64,000 nucleotides of DNA from an uncultured Gammaproteobacteria bacterium (GCA_963764725.1 CAVXTM010000010.1:192001-256000); one strand, 5' to 3'; positions 46,646-59,680 are shown, counted from the stretch's first letter. Numbers and translations are program-made. Notes: generated by a model not told the origin, from the sequence alone.

Positions 46646-47929
46646 ATGACAGAACCCACGATCACCTGTCCGAACTGCAAGACCGAGATCAAGCTGACAG
46701 AGTCGCTTGCGGCTCCGCTTATCGAGGCGACCCGCCGCGACTACGAGCAGCGCCTGGCCAAGAAGGACGTTGACATTGCCACTCGCGAGACATTGCTGCG
46801 CGAACATGAGGAGGCTGTCGCCAAGGCGAAGGAAACGATAGACGACCAAGTCGCCGAGAAATTGCAACAGGAGCGTGCGAAGATCGCGATAGATGAAGCT
46901 AAGAAGGCAAGACTTGCCCTGGCGGCCGACCTTGGCCAGAAAACCAAGGAAATCACTGAGCTTCAAGAAATCCTGAATCAGCGAGAAGCGAAGCTTGCCG
47001 AGGCCCAGAAAGCCCAAGCCGAGCTTATCCGAAAGAGCCGCGAGCTGGACGACGCTAAGCGCGAGCTCGACCTGACAGTCGAGAAGCGTGTTCAAGAGGG
47101 GCTTGGCGCCACTCGCGAACAGGCGCGCAAGGAGGCCGAGGAGCAACTTAAGTTTAGGGTGATGGAAAAGGAACAAACCATCGCCTCGATGCAGAAGCAG
47201 ATCGAAGAGCTTAAGCGCAAGGCCGAGCAAGGGTCACAGCAACTTCAGGGCGAGGTGCAGGAACTCGAGCTCGAATCTTTACTGTCCGCAAGGTTTCCGC
47301 GCGACACGATCGAGCCCGTGCCCAAGGGGGAACATGGCGGCGATGTACTGCATCGGGTCGTCGGGCCGCTCGGCCAGGTATGCGGCACAATCCTGTGGGA
47401 ATCAAAGCGTACCAAGAACTGGAGCGACGGCTGGCTCGGGAAACTTCGCGAAGACCAAAGGGCCGCGAAAGCCGAAATCGCCATCATCATCAGCCAGGTT
47501 CTACCGAAGGATGTTGAATCGTTCGATTGGATCGATCACGTTTGGGTGGCGCATCCGCGCGTTGCCATGCCTGTCGCGGCGACGCTTCGTCAATCCCTTG
47601 TGGATCTCGCGATGGCGCGCCAAGCAGCCGAAGGCCAGCAGACCAAGATGGAGATGGTCTATCGGTACCTCACCGGTCCGCGTTTCCGCCTTCGCATGCA
47701 GGCCATCGTCGAGGCGTTCTCCTCCATGCAGGAGGATCTCGATCGCGAGAAGAAGGCTATCACGAAGCAGTGGGCCAAGCGGGAAGAGCAGATCGACCGC
47801 GTGATGCAGGCGACGGTTGGCATGCACGGAGACCTGCAGGGGATCGCGGGCAAGTCGTTGCAAGAGATTGAGGGGCTGGAATTGAAGGCGCTTGAAGCTA
47901 GTAAAACCTTTGAGGAGCCGCTCGGCTGA
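46646..47929 (+). CDS. DUF2130-like coiled-coil protein
   Basis: ITCPNC, a long coiled coil, GSQQLQGEVQE and ILWESKRTKNWS. Confidence 0.85.
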   Translation: MTEPTITCPNCKTEIKLTESLAAPLIEATRRDYEQRLAKKDVDIATRETLLREHEEAVAKAKETIDDQVAEKLQQERAKIAIDEAKKARLALAADLGQKTKEITELQEILNQREAKLAEAQKAQAELIRKSRELDDAKRELDLTVEKRVQEGLGATREQARKEAEEQLKFRVMEKEQTIASMQKQIEELKRKAEQGSQQLQGEVQELELESLLSARFPRDTIEPVPKGEHGGDVLHRVVGPLGQVCGTILWESKRTKNWSDGWLGKLREDQRAAKAEIAIIISQVLPKDVESFDWIDHVWVAHPRVAMPVAATLRQSLVDLAMARQAAEGQQTKMEMVYRYLTGPRFRLRMQAIVEAFSSMQEDLDREKKAITKQWAKREEQIDRVMQATVGMHGDLQGIAGKSLQEIEGLELKALEASKTFEEPLG

Positions 47930-47939
47930 CCTCGCCTAA

Positions 47940-48077
47940 GGAAGCTCTGAGACTATATAAGGTAGATAGGCGAGCGACGAGCGAGCATGCGCCGACGCGG
48001 GGAGCGGCCCATGGACGGCCGCGCTTTGAGGAGCGAGGAATGCAGGTGGGCTGCGCAGTAACTTTTGCAGAGCTTCC
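47940..48077. mobile_element. Putative 138-bp MITE
   Basis: Perfect 10-bp terminal inverted repeat GGAAGCTCTG/CAGAGCTTCC flanked by CTAA and ATAA. Confidence 0.5.
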
Positions 48078-48081
48078 ATAA

Positions 48082-48888
48082 TCAGCGCTTAGGAACCAGC
48101 GCCACGACGCGGACCGGCCCGCCAGAGCCGCCTTCGATCTTCATCGGCAGAGCGATGAGCGTCGCACCACGCGGGGGAAGCGCTTCCAATCCCGTGAGAT
48201 TCTCTAACCCCGGAACATTCTTTGCCGCGGCGATCCGGTGAACGATGAAATCCTGAGAGCGCCCATAGTCGATCGAGGCGGTGTCCACTCCGAGTGCCGC
48301 GACCCTGCGTGCTTCGACCAACAGGCGTGCGGCCTTTCCCCCAAAACTCGGGAAACTGAGCCTCGCGCCGGCACCGCGCCGATCGTCGCCGAGATAATGC
48401 TTGCGGTCGGGCCAGAAACGGCTCCAACCCGTTCGCAACAAAACGATGCTCCCTGGCGCGATGACGCCGTGCGCGCGCTCGAAATCAAGCACGTCTTGTC
48501 GCGTGAGTCGATAATCGCGGTCGCCGATCGTCTTACGCGCGATGTCGATCACGATTGCCGGAGCGATCAGTTGTTCCAGAGGCAGGGCTTCCAACGTGCG
48601 TTTGCCTTGCGCGAAATGGATCGGCGCGTCGATATGGGTGCCGCCGTGCTCAGGGGCGCAGAAGGCGTTAGCGCTATAAAAATAGCCCGCGGGCGTATCA
48701 CCGTAAGCGAGGCGTGTGAGCTCGAAATGCATCGGTGCGGTGGGCCAATAGATCGTGTCTGTGTTAAACGGGTGGGTGAGGTCGACCAGCCGATAGGCGC
48801 GTGCATCGAATGCCTGTGCCTCCGGCGCGAGCATTCCGGCCAGTAACGCGACAAGGTAGGAAAGCTCTTTACATCGAACGCCGTTCAT
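48082..48888 (-). CDS. Cyclase (kynurenine formamidase-like) family hydrolase
   Basis: HGGTHIDAPIH, LLRTGW, GLENL and LPMKIEGGSGGPVR. Confidence 0.9.
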   Translation of the reverse strand: MNGVRCKELSYLVALLAGMLAPEAQAFDARAYRLVDLTHPFNTDTIYWPTAPMHFELTRLAYGDTPAGYFYSANAFCAPEHGGTHIDAPIHFAQGKRTLEALPLEQLIAPAIVIDIARKTIGDRDYRLTRQDVLDFERAHGVIAPGSIVLLRTGWSRFWPDRKHYLGDDRRGAGARLSFPSFGGKAARLLVEARRVAALGVDTASIDYGRSQDFIVHRIAAAKNVPGLENLTGLEALPPRGATLIALPMKIEGGSGGPVRVVALVPKR

Positions 48889-49023
48889 AAGTAGACCCCA
48901 AGTCGTTACACGCGATTAAGCAATCTTGCATTGTCTTATCATTAATCCGTTTTCAATACCACCGGGCGTGCTCCCGGACGGCTCAGCTAGGGCGGTTAAC
49001 TAACCCGGAAAAGGTCGGAATTG

Positions 49024-49344
49024 CTATTCATAGTGCAACGCAAGCCACACGGTTTTTTCATCGTTATCGGTCCACTCAACGCGGTGGCGCCGATGCGCGG
49101 GAATGAGGACATAATCGCCGGGGCGCAGCTCGGTGATCTCCGCTTCGCCCTCGAATAGTAGGCCGGCACGCCCGCTCAAGAGTACGACCCACTCATTGCG
49201 ATCTTGGTCATACCATCGACCAGGCGGTGTCGCCTGTCCTGAAGAGACGATCCGTTCGAGCTGAAACCGCGCTCCTTCCAATAACATCTCAAACAACTCT
49301 TCCGACATCGTGTCCGGGATCCGGTTATACAAATTACGAATCAT
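49024..49344 (-). CDS. Cupin-domain protein
   Basis: ERIVSSGQ, WYDQ...EWV and IPAHRRHRVEWT. Confidence 0.85.
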   Translation of the reverse strand: MIRNLYNRIPDTMSEELFEMLLEGARFQLERIVSSGQATPPGRWYDQDRNEWVVLLSGRAGLLFEGEAEITELRPGDYVLIPAHRRHRVEWTDNDEKTVWLALHYE

Positions 49345-49549
49345 GGGTATTTTAAGAGTTCAAAGTTTTGCGATGACATTAGCATGCGCTACCCCCTATC
49401 GTGAATCAGCGTGCTGACTAGCAGGACGGCTAACTTACAAAAAAAAGGGGTTAAAATACGCGAACCTAGTACAATGTTCGAATAAACGATGTAAGTAAAT
49501 CGCGATAAGATCGAAGAACGAGGTAAGAACTGAGACAGACTTTGCAGCC

Positions 49550-52500
49550 ATGAATAATCAGTTCTTCGAAAGGCCCATTCTCAACTCTCCCTACGAGTAC
49601 CCGTCTCGTTACTGGGAGCTCGATGAGCAGGGCCAGCCGACTCAGAGAATCATCGAGCGCCGCCGCCGCGCCGAGTTCATCACGCCGATTCCGAAGCCGA
49701 AGAAAGCGCAAGGGTTCGGCTGAACAAACGTCCTTTCGTCTTCGACGAAGGCAAAGGACTCTCCACCGCAGAAGCAGCAGTACGACCACACAGCCATCAT
49801 CAATTCGAGTTCGCCAGCAGGTGGACCAGTGGCGGCGCTTGCCGAATCCCAACGACTGGCGCGTAACCCCGGAGACGGCGCGCCTGCTTCAGCACTGGCG
49901 GCATCACAAATTCAGCAGCATCCGTCCGTTCTTCTGTCAGATCGAGGCGGTCGAGACCGCCATCTGGCTGACCGAAGTCGCACCCCAGGCGGGCAAGGTG
50001 GGCGAGGGTTTTCTTGAACACCTGGCCAATGCCAACAACGACGCCAACCCGGAGCTCATGCGCCTCGCGCTGAAGCTGGCCACCGGTGCCGGCAAGACCA
50101 CGGTCATGGCGATGCTCATCGCCTGGCAAACCATCAACGCGGTGCGGCGACCGCAGAGCAAACGCTTCACGCGCGGCTTTCTCGTCGTCGCACCGGGCCT
50201 CACGATCAAGGATCGCCTGCGCGTCCTGCAACCGAACGATCCGGACAGCTACTACCAGAGCCGCGAACTGGTTCCGGGCGACATGCTGGACGACGTGAAC
50301 CGCGCCAAGATCGTCATCACCAACTATCACGCCTTCAAGCTTCGCGAGCGGATCGATCTTTCCAAGGGCGGACGCTCGCTGCTCCAAGGGCGCGGCGAAG
50401 AGCTGAACACCCTCGAAACCGAGGGCCAGATGCTCCAGCGGGTGATGCCCGATCTGATGGGCATGAAGAACATTCTCGTGCTCAACGACGAAGCCCACCA
50501 CTGCTATCGAGAGAAGCCGGGAGCCGATGACGAGGAAGATCTGAAAGGGCGACGACAAGAAGGAGGCCGAGAAGAACAACGAAGCCGCCCGTCTCTGGAT
50601 CTCCGGCCTTGAAACCGTCAATCGCAAACTCGGCGTCGCACGCGTGATCGACTTGTCCGCGACGCCGTTCTTTCTGCGCGGCTCAGGCTATGCCGAGGGC
50701 ACGCTGTTCCCGTGGACGATGAGCGACTTCTCGCTGATGGACGCCATCGAGTGCGGCATCGTCAAATTGCCGCGCGTGCCGGTGGCCGACAACATTCCCG
50801 GCGCGGAGATGCCGATGTTCCGCAACCTCTGGGAACACATTCGCTCGAAGATGCCGAAGAAGGGGCCGAGGCAAAGCCAATACGCTCGATCCACTGAGCC
50901 TGCCGCCGCAACTCCAGACAGCACTCGAAGCCCTTTACGGTCACTACGAAAAGACCTTCGCCTTTGGGAGAAGGCCGGAATTCGCGTGCCTCCCTGCTTC
51001 ATCGTGGTCTGCAACAACACCTCCACCTCCAAGCTGGTATACGACTTCATCTCCGGCTTTCACCGGCAGAACGATGACGGCTCTAGCACTCTTGGTAAAC
51101 GGGCGCCTCGCGCTGTTCCGCAACTTCGACGAGCACGGCAACCCGTTCCCGCGGCCGAACACACTGCTCATCGACAGCGAGCAGCTCGAATCCGGCGAGG
51201 CGCTGGATGACAATTTCCGCGCTATGGCCGCCGATGAGATCGAGCGCTTCCGCCGCGAGATCCTCGAACGCGGCGGCCAAGCTCGCCGATGAACTGCAAA
51301 AGGGGAAAGAACTCGATGATGTGACACTGCTCCGCGAAGTGATGAATACCGTCGGCAAGTACGGCCAGTTGGGCGGATCGATTCGTTGCGTCGTTTCCGT
51401 CTCGATGCTCACCGAGGGCTGGGATGCCAATACCGTCACCCACGTGCTCGGCGTGCGCGCCTTCGGCACCCAGCTCCTGTGCGAGCAGGTCATCGGACGG
51501 GCGCTGCGCCGCCAGTCCTACGACCTGAACGAAGAAGGTCTCTTCAATGTGGAATACGCCGACGTGCTCGGCATTCCCTTCGACTTCACCGCCAAGCCGG
51601 TGGTCGCGCCGCCACAACCGCCGCGCGAGACCATCCAGGTCAAGGCGGTGCGGCCCGATCGCGATGCGCTCGAAATCCGCTTCCCGCGTGTCGAAGGCTA
51701 TCGCGTCGAGTTGCCCGAGGAACGGCTGACCGCCGAGTTCAACGAAGACTCCGTGCTCGAACTGACGCCGGATCTGGTCGGGGCCACCGAAACGCAGAAA
51801 CTCCGGAATCATCGGCGAGACGGTGGACCTCAATCTCGTGCATACCGGCGACGTGCGGCCGTCGCAGGTCGCTGTACGAGCTGACGTCGCACCTGGTGCT
51901 GACGCAAGTGGCGCGACGCCCGGCGAAGACCGCAAGCTGCACCTGTTCGGCCAGCTCAAGCGCATCGCCAAGCAGTGGCTCGACGGAGTATTTGGTTTGC
52001 AAAGGCGGTACCTATCCTGCGCAGCTCAAGTACAAGATGCTGGCCGACATGGCCTGCGAGCGGATCATGGCGGGAATCACGCGCGAGTTCGATCGGCGAG
52101 CGCCCCATCAAAGCCGTGCTCGATCCCTACAATCCCACCGGCTCCACGAGCACACGTCAACTTCAACACGTCAAAGCCGGATCGCTGGGAAACCGACTCC
52201 CGCCGTTGTCACATCAACTGGGTCGTGCTCGACAGCGATTGGGAGGCCGAGTTCTGCCGCGTGGCCGAATCGCACCCGCGTGTCCGAGCCTACGTCAAGA
52301 ACCACAACCTCGGTCTTGAAGTGCCTTACCGTTACGGCTCGGAGACGCGCAGGTACCTGCCCGACTTCATCGTGCTGGTGGACGACGGGCACGGCGAAGA
52401 CGATCTCCTGCACCTCATCGTCGAGATCAAAGGCTACCGGCGCGAGGACGCCAAGGAAAAGAAATCCACCATGGACACCTACTGGGTGCCTGGCGTTAAT

Positions 52501-52638
52501 CATCTCGGGACACATGGCCGCTGGGCTTTTGCCGAGTTCACCGAGGTCTATCAGATCGAGGCCGACTTCGAAGCGAAAGTCAAAGCCGAGTTCAATAAGA
52601 TGATCGAAACGTATACCGGTCGAATCGGCCCGGAGTAA
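49550..52638 (+). CDS. Type III-like restriction endonuclease/helicase (Res), many frameshifts as assembled
   Basis: Starts MNNQFFERPILNSPYE. Fragments carry ATGAGKT, NDEAHH, SATP, MLTEGWD, QVIGRALR and PDF...EIKG. Confidence 0.88.
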
Positions 52639-52732
52639 TCTAGTCAATCAAATAGCAGCAACACGCATCAGGAGGCATCATGGCCAATACGCTACCGTTG
52701 GACAAAATGTCGCCTGGAAGAACGGCTCCAAC

Positions 52733-53023
52733 ATGAACAGAAACGAAACATTGAAACTCCTGCAAACCCACAAGCCGTACTTGGCCCGGGAGTTCGGCGT
52801 TACCGCTTTGGCTCTGTTCGGCTCCATCGCGCGCGATGTCGCGGGCGCGAACAGCGACGTGGACATCCTGATCGCCTTCGATGGCCCAGCGACATCAAAG
52901 CGTTATTTCGGTGTCCAGTTCTATCTGGAAGACCTGCTGGGCCGCCCTGTGGATCTGGTGACGGTAAAGGCACTGCGTCCGGAGCTGCGCTCCCACATCG
53001 AGCGAGAGGCCATCCATGTCTAA
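52733..53023 (+). CDS. Minimal nucleotidyltransferase (MNT) antitoxin
   Basis: LFGSIARD...SDVDIL (GSx10DxD) and VDLV. Confidence 0.92.
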   Translation: MNRNETLKLLQTHKPYLAREFGVTALALFGSIARDVAGANSDVDILIAFDGPATSKRYFGVQFYLEDLLGRPVDLVTVKALRPELRSHIEREAIHV

Positions 53024-53375
53024 TGGAGTGCGGGGCGAGCGCGAGTGGCGTTTCTACGTAGACGACATGATCGTCTTCGCGGAAAAGGTTCTGTCTTACA
53101 CCAACGGATTGGATCAATCCAGTTTCGTTGCCGACGGGCTCACCTACGATGCCACCCTGCGCAACCTGGAGCTGATCGGCGAGGCGGCTACCCACATCCC
53201 CGACGCGGTGCGCGCCGCTCATCCCGACATCCCGTGGCGGCTGATCATCGCCACGCGCAACCGCCTGATCCACGCCTACTTGGGCATTGACGACGATACG
53301 CTCTGGAGCATCGTCCAGGACGACATCCCTGCGTTCCTGACGGCCTTGCAGAAGCTCAAGCAAGCCCACCAGTGA
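53016..53375 (+). CDS. HEPN/DUF86 toxin
   Basis: RNLELIGEA and RNRLIHAY (Rx4HxY). Confidence 0.92.
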   Translation: MSNGVRGEREWRFYVDDMIVFAEKVLSYTNGLDQSSFVADGLTYDATLRNLELIGEAATHIPDAVRAAHPDIPWRLIIATRNRLIHAYLGIDDDTLWSIVQDDIPAFLTALQKLKQAHQ

Positions 53376-55246
53376 TGTGACCGCAACAACGGATAGCTCT
53401 CCATGGCTAGAAACAAATCGGACACCAAGAAGACCGTCGAAACCCTCAAGCACGACGAGGCCACGCGCAAAAACATTCCGACTGCTGAATATCAGTCGGT
53501 GATGCAGAAGCACGAGCAGGCCCCCGTCCGCGTGACCTACGAGCGCGGTGCAGCCGGGCTCGACGATGCGAAAGAGCAGCGCAACCGCGACCTCGATCCG
53601 CAGCTCGTCTGGCGCGGCAAGGACGAGCAGGACTGGAGCGACCTCGTCGTCCACGCCCCGCCGCTCTACATCCAGGAGAAGGTACACCCCAAGGTGCTCA
53701 TCGACGACCTGCTCAAGCAGACTCGCGAGCAGCGCGCGCAAGAAGTCGGCGCGCAGTTCGATCTCTTTGGCGACTTCAACGGCATCCCCGAGGGCGTGGA
53801 CAAGACCGAGTTCTACCAGCACGACCAGAACTGGTCGAACCGCATGATCCTCGGCGACAGTCCTACAGGTGATGGCGAGCCTCGCCGAGCGCGAAGGACT
53901 GCGCGGCAAGGTGCAATGCATCTACCTCGACCCGCCCTACGGCATCAAATTCAACAGCAACTTCCAGTGGACTACCACCAGCCGCGACGTGAAGGACGGC
54001 AAGGCCGACCACATCACCCGCGAGCCAGAGCAGGTCAAAGCCTTCCGCGACACCTGGCGCGACGGCATCCACAGCTACCTCACGTATCTGCGCGACCGGC
54101 TGACCGTGGCGCGGGATTTACTGACGGATTCGGGTTCGATCTTCGTGCAGATCGGGGATGAGAATGTGCATCGCGTGCGGGCGGTGATGGATGAGGTGTT
54201 TGGGGACGAGAACTTTATCGTTGCAAATCGACTTCGCCACAACGACGAGCCAAACCTGCGCAATTCGTGTCGAGTATTTCAGACCACATCCTTTGGTATT
54301 GCAAAGGACAGATTGCAGACGAAATATCCGGGAGCTGTAGCTTTCGAAGGATCGTGAGAGGCAGGAAACATCTTCGTTTCGCGCTTTACGAACACGATTT
54401 CGTAATCTCACGCAATCCTGCAAACGAGAATGCTCGGCTGTCGGTATTTGGTGATCTTCACTTCTCGGTCCGGCGGGGAGTCCTCAACGGCGACCATTCC
54501 GTCTGGTTTGGCCACGACTTTATCCCGAACTGCCGGCGGAGTGGAAGACCAGCTTGGTCGGCTTAGAAAGGTTAGGGAAAGCCCATCGACTTGGTCTACG
54601 TGGCAAGAATGCCTTCTACAAGAGATACTTCGACGATTGGCCATTTTCCCCAATGCCAAACGCTTGGACTGGACACTCAATCCGGAGGGCTCGGTGTTGA
54701 GAGCAGGATCTATGTCGTTCAGACGAACTTTAAGGTAATAGAGCGCTGCATCCTGATGACCACCGACCCCGGCGACCTTGTCCTCGACCCGACCTGCGGT
54801 TCCGGCACCACCGCCACCGTCGCCGAGCAATGGGGCGGGTCGCCGCTGGATCACGATTGACACCTCGCGCGTGGCACTGGCGCTTGGCCCGGGCTCGCAT
54901 CATGGGTGCGCGCTATCCGTATTACCTGCTGACCGATTCGCGCGAAGGCCAGATCAAGGAAGCCGAAGTGACCCGCACCGTGCCGTCCTCGCAAGCGGTC
55001 CGCGGCAGCATCCGCCACGGATTCGTTTACGAGCGTGTGCCGCACATCACGCTCAAGTCCATCGCCAACAACGTGGAGATTGACGTCATCTGGGATAAAT
55101 ACCAGGCCATCCTCGAACCTCTGCGCGAGCAACTCAACGAAGCTCTTGTAGGATAATGGTATGGACTCCTCCCCTCCCTAACGGCATCGTGATGTGCCAA
55201 AGTGGAGGATGTAACAACCACTTGAACAGAAGAGGAGAAGTCCGCT

Positions 55247-56270
55247 ATGAACGTTACAACAATCGGGTTAGACATTGCAAAGAATGTCTTTCAGGCACAC
55301 GGTGTGGACGGGAAGGGGAAGGTCGCGGTGCGCAAGTCGCTCAGGCGAGGGCAGGTCTTGGCGTTCTTCGCCAACCTCGACCCTTGCGTGGTAGGGATCG
55401 AAGCCTGCGCCGGCGCACACTACTGGGCGCGGGAGCTGGGGAAGCTCGGGCATACGGTCAGGCTCATCAGCCCGCAGTTCGTCAAGCCCTACGTGAAGGG
55501 GAACAAGAATGACAAGAACGACGCGGAGGCGATCTGCGAGGCGGTGGGGCGCCCGAACATGCGTTTTGTGCCGGTGAAGAGCACCGAGAGCCAAGACATT
55601 CTGGCGCTGCACCGGGTACGCAGTGGGTTGGTAAAGGAACGCACCGCGCAGGCAAACCGGCTGCGGGGTTTGTTAGGCGAGTATGGCATCGTCATCGGTC
55701 AGGGCTTGGCGCAGGTACGCAAGCGCCTGCCGGAGATCTTGGAAGACGGCGAGAACGGCCTGAGTGGCTTGGCGCGAGAGCTGTTTGCCGATCTCCACCG
55801 GCAGGTCCTGGAGCTGGACCGGCAAGTGGGGGCCTACGGCGTCAAGCTCCAAGGGCTCTACCATGCGAGCGAGGCGTGCCAGAGGATTGGCCGGATGCCG
55901 GGGGTAGGGCCGATCACGGCGACGGCGGCCGTCGCCTCGGTCGGTGATGGTCGAGCGTTCGAGTCCGGGCGGCAGGTCGCGGCCTGGGTGGGGCTCGTGC
56001 CGCGGCAGGATTCGAGCGGGGGCAAGCCCAAGCTCCTGGGGATCAGCAAGCGGGGCGATACCTACCTGCGCACTCTGCTCATCCACGGGGCGCGGTCCGT
56101 GGTGAAGGCGGCGGCCAAGAAGACCGACGCCCAGAGCCGGTGGATCAACGACCTCGTCAAACGGCGCAACAAGAACATCGCAGCGGTGGCGGTGGAAAAG
56201 AGCTCGGGCGATCTGGGCGCTCCTGAGGCGAGACGAGGGTTACCGCGCGCGGGTTTCGGTTGACGCGTAG
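55247..56270 (+). CDS. IS1111-type recombinase (small frameshift near 56197)
   Basis: IGLDIAK, EAC, KNDKNDAEAI and GLVP...SSGGK. The true tail ARAIWALL...TAG 56270 is in another frame. Confidence 0.9.
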
Positions 56271-56279
56271 CACGCGAGG

Positions 56280-56515
56280 CCACAGGGTTTTTCACCTTCC
56301 ACCCAGTTGCGAAGCATCTTTCGAAGCGATGGCAAAGCGGTCAGACCGGTGTTTTCAGCAATCCGCTCAGCGCATGGGCCTTCGAGGCCGGTAGGATGAT
56401 TGAGATGAAGACACGCGGATATTCCATCGGGGCCAGAGGCATCGCAAGCCTCATTGACAGGCCGGATATATGGGAGCAACTGCGCTCACCGACCGCTGCA
56501 ATCAAAGCGAAAAGA
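56280..56515 (+). ncRNA. Putative seekRNA/bridge RNA of the IS1111-type element (ends approximate)
   Basis: CTCAGCGCAT (56366-56375) and GTAGGAT (56391-56397) match the two halves of the REP target and flank a hairpin inside an outer stem. Confidence 0.72.
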
Positions 56516-57111
56516 TGCTTGCAAATCGGGAGGAGTCCATATATGGGCTGAGGCACGAAGCCCATCAATCGCGACCGATGGGCTTCGTTCTTGCTCAGCC
56601 CATCCTACCAAGACGTTCAAACCCTTCGAAGAATGGGAGATTCCACGCGAGGTCGATGCCAAATGGCCGGACGCAGCCAAGAAGCTCCATGCCCAATGGT
56701 GGGAACAACGCATCGCCCGCCAGCGTGAGATCGATGCGTCGATCGCCGCCAAGGCCGAGTTCGAATACCTCTACGACAAGCCCTACGACAACAAGAAGAT
56801 AGTTCGCGTGGCCGGGCCGTTCACCGTCGAGAGCCTTTCCCCGCACCGCATGCTCGGCGTGGACGAGAACGACGAATTGATTGATCGCGTCGCCGAACCC
56901 GGCGCTGACTACAGCGCCAAGCAGTCTTTTCCCCAGATGATCCTGGAAAACCTCAAAACCGCCGGCGTCCAGCAAGCACATAAGGAAGACAAAATCACCT
57001 TCACCGCGCTTACGCCGTGGCCCGGCGATCTGGTCTGCGCCGAAGGCCGGTATGTCGAAACGCACCCCTCACCCCAACCCTTGTATGTTCTATTTTGTAG
57101 AAATTAATGAA

Positions 57112-58157
57112 ACGGGCTATCCACTTAACGCAAGTCACCGCTATATGTTGGGGTCCGGGCTGTTGACGATTTGGCGGTAAGACACTGGCGGCGTCGCCAC
57201 GGCCTGTTGCATCAGGCGGTAGAAGAGAAGCCCGCGGGAGCGAGAGGTGCGCCGGTTGAAGCGAAACGTGTATTCGTCGAGGTAGTAGTCGAGGTACCTG
57301 CCACTTACCGCGCCTTGGTGAGTTCCGAGCAGCCAGCGTTTGAGCAGAGAGGCGATGCGGTGGACACCGGGCATCAGGACATGGGCCGGGTCTCCGCTGT
57401 CGGAGAGATTCGTCTTGATGCGCGTATATCCAGACTTCGTCATGTCGTTGTACCCGCCCCAGGCGTCGGTGAGAACTTCCGAACCGGGCTCAATGCTCTC
57501 GCGCACGAAAGGGACGAGATTGGCGCCGGAGGCGTCGGCCACACGTCTCATGCGCACGCGTCCAAATCCCTTCGGTTCGTGTAGTTCGACGGCGATGACC
57601 ACAATCTCCTTTCGTTCTGCTCCACGGCCACGCTTACCGCCTTTTTCGCTGCCTCCTACGAGCGTCTCGTCCACTTCAACGCGACCATGAAGCCGCTCGC
57701 GCCCAGCTCGCACCATCGCGCGTCGCAGCTTATGCAACCAGGTCCATGCCGTTTGATAGCTTCCCAACCCCAGAACCCGCTTCAGGCCGAGAGCGTTGGC
57801 TCCATGCTTCTGACTCGTCACAAACCATATCGCCGCCAACCATGTCTTCAACGGGATACGCGTTCGCTCGAACATCGTACCTGCCGTGACCGAGATCTCT
57901 GCACCGCAATCCCGACAATGCAGGTAACCTCGTCCCGTGATCCAGGGCGCACCGCTGGACCCACAGCGTGGACAGTGGTAACCCGCTGGCCAGCGAAGGC
58001 CCGCAAGATACTCGCGACAGCCCGCATCGTCCTCGAAAAAATCATTGAACTCGCCGAATGTCCGAGGGTAGTCGGACCCGCCGACTGGCCCTTCCCCTGT
58101 CCCCATGGGTAGCAAACACTAGATGTTGTGGTGACTTGCGTCAAGTGGATAGCCCGT
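57112..58157 (-). mobile_element. IS1595-family element
   Basis: 28-bp TIRs ACGGGCTATCCACTT(A/G)ACGCAAGTCACC. The 8-bp TSD TTAATGAA (57104-57111, 58158-58165) is confirmed by the empty site in IS110 copy 1. Confidence 0.93.
57141..58115 (-). CDS. IS1595-family transposase
   Basis: CPRC/CRDC zinc ribbon, VEVDET, TDAW and YLDEYTFRFNRR. Confidence 0.93.
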   Translation of the reverse strand: MLPMGTGEGPVGGSDYPRTFGEFNDFFEDDAGCREYLAGLRWPAGYHCPRCGSSGAPWITGRGYLHCRDCGAEISVTAGTMFERTRIPLKTWLAAIWFVTSQKHGANALGLKRVLGLGSYQTAWTWLHKLRRAMVRAGRERLHGRVEVDETLVGGSEKGGKRGRGAERKEIVVIAVELHEPKGFGRVRMRRVADASGANLVPFVRESIEPGSEVLTDAWGGYNDMTKSGYTRIKTNLSDSGDPAHVLMPGVHRIASLLKRWLLGTHQGAVSGRYLDYYLDEYTFRFNRRTSRSRGLLFYRLMQQAVATPPVSYRQIVNSPDPNI

Positions 58158-58165
58158 TTAATGAA

Positions 58166-59296
<1,131 letters not shown>

Positions 59297-59680
59297 CTTT
59301 GAACACGGTTGCTCTCCCGCAAGGGGCGAGGGAGAAAAGCGGAGCGCCGCCCAAGGCTTGGAACCCTCTCCACCCAGTGGGGGGAGAGGGGAGGGTGAGG
59401 GGGGCGGAGTAGAAAAACGCGCCGCCATCTTCATCGGTCCGGAATTCGGTACCGTCACCCGCCCCGATCTGGTGGCCGCCGCGCGTGAGGCCGGCGATGC
59501 CGACTTTGACGTGCTGATCGCCTGCGCCTTCAACTACGAGGCACACGCGACCGAGTTTAGCAAGCTCGGCCGTATCCCCGTGCTCAAGGCGCGCATGAAC
59601 GCCGACCTCCACATGGCCGAAGACCTCAAGAACACCGGCAAAGGCAATCTGTTCGTGATCTTCGGTGAACCGGATGTGGA

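Larger units (their letters stand above)
55154..56543 (+). mobile_element. IS110-family, IS1111-subgroup element
   Basis: 13-bp subterminal IRs ATGGACTCCTCCC (55161) and GGGAGGAGTCCAT (56528-56540), lying 7 and 3 nt from the ends. There is a long 3' non-coding region. Confidence 0.9.
55148..56608 (+). repeat. GTAG-type REP palindrome inside mod, split by the IS1111-type element
   Basis: Empty site GTAGGATGGGCTGAG...GAAGCCCATC...GATGGGCTTC...CTCAGCCCATCCTAC, with perfect 15-bp outer arms. Confidence 0.8.

Noticed and set aside
52800-53921. Long antisense ORFs (this 373-aa one, also 57848-58780, 49800-50627 and 1971-2741)
   Set aside because: They are shadows of recognisable genes on the opposite strand in high-GC DNA and have no motifs.
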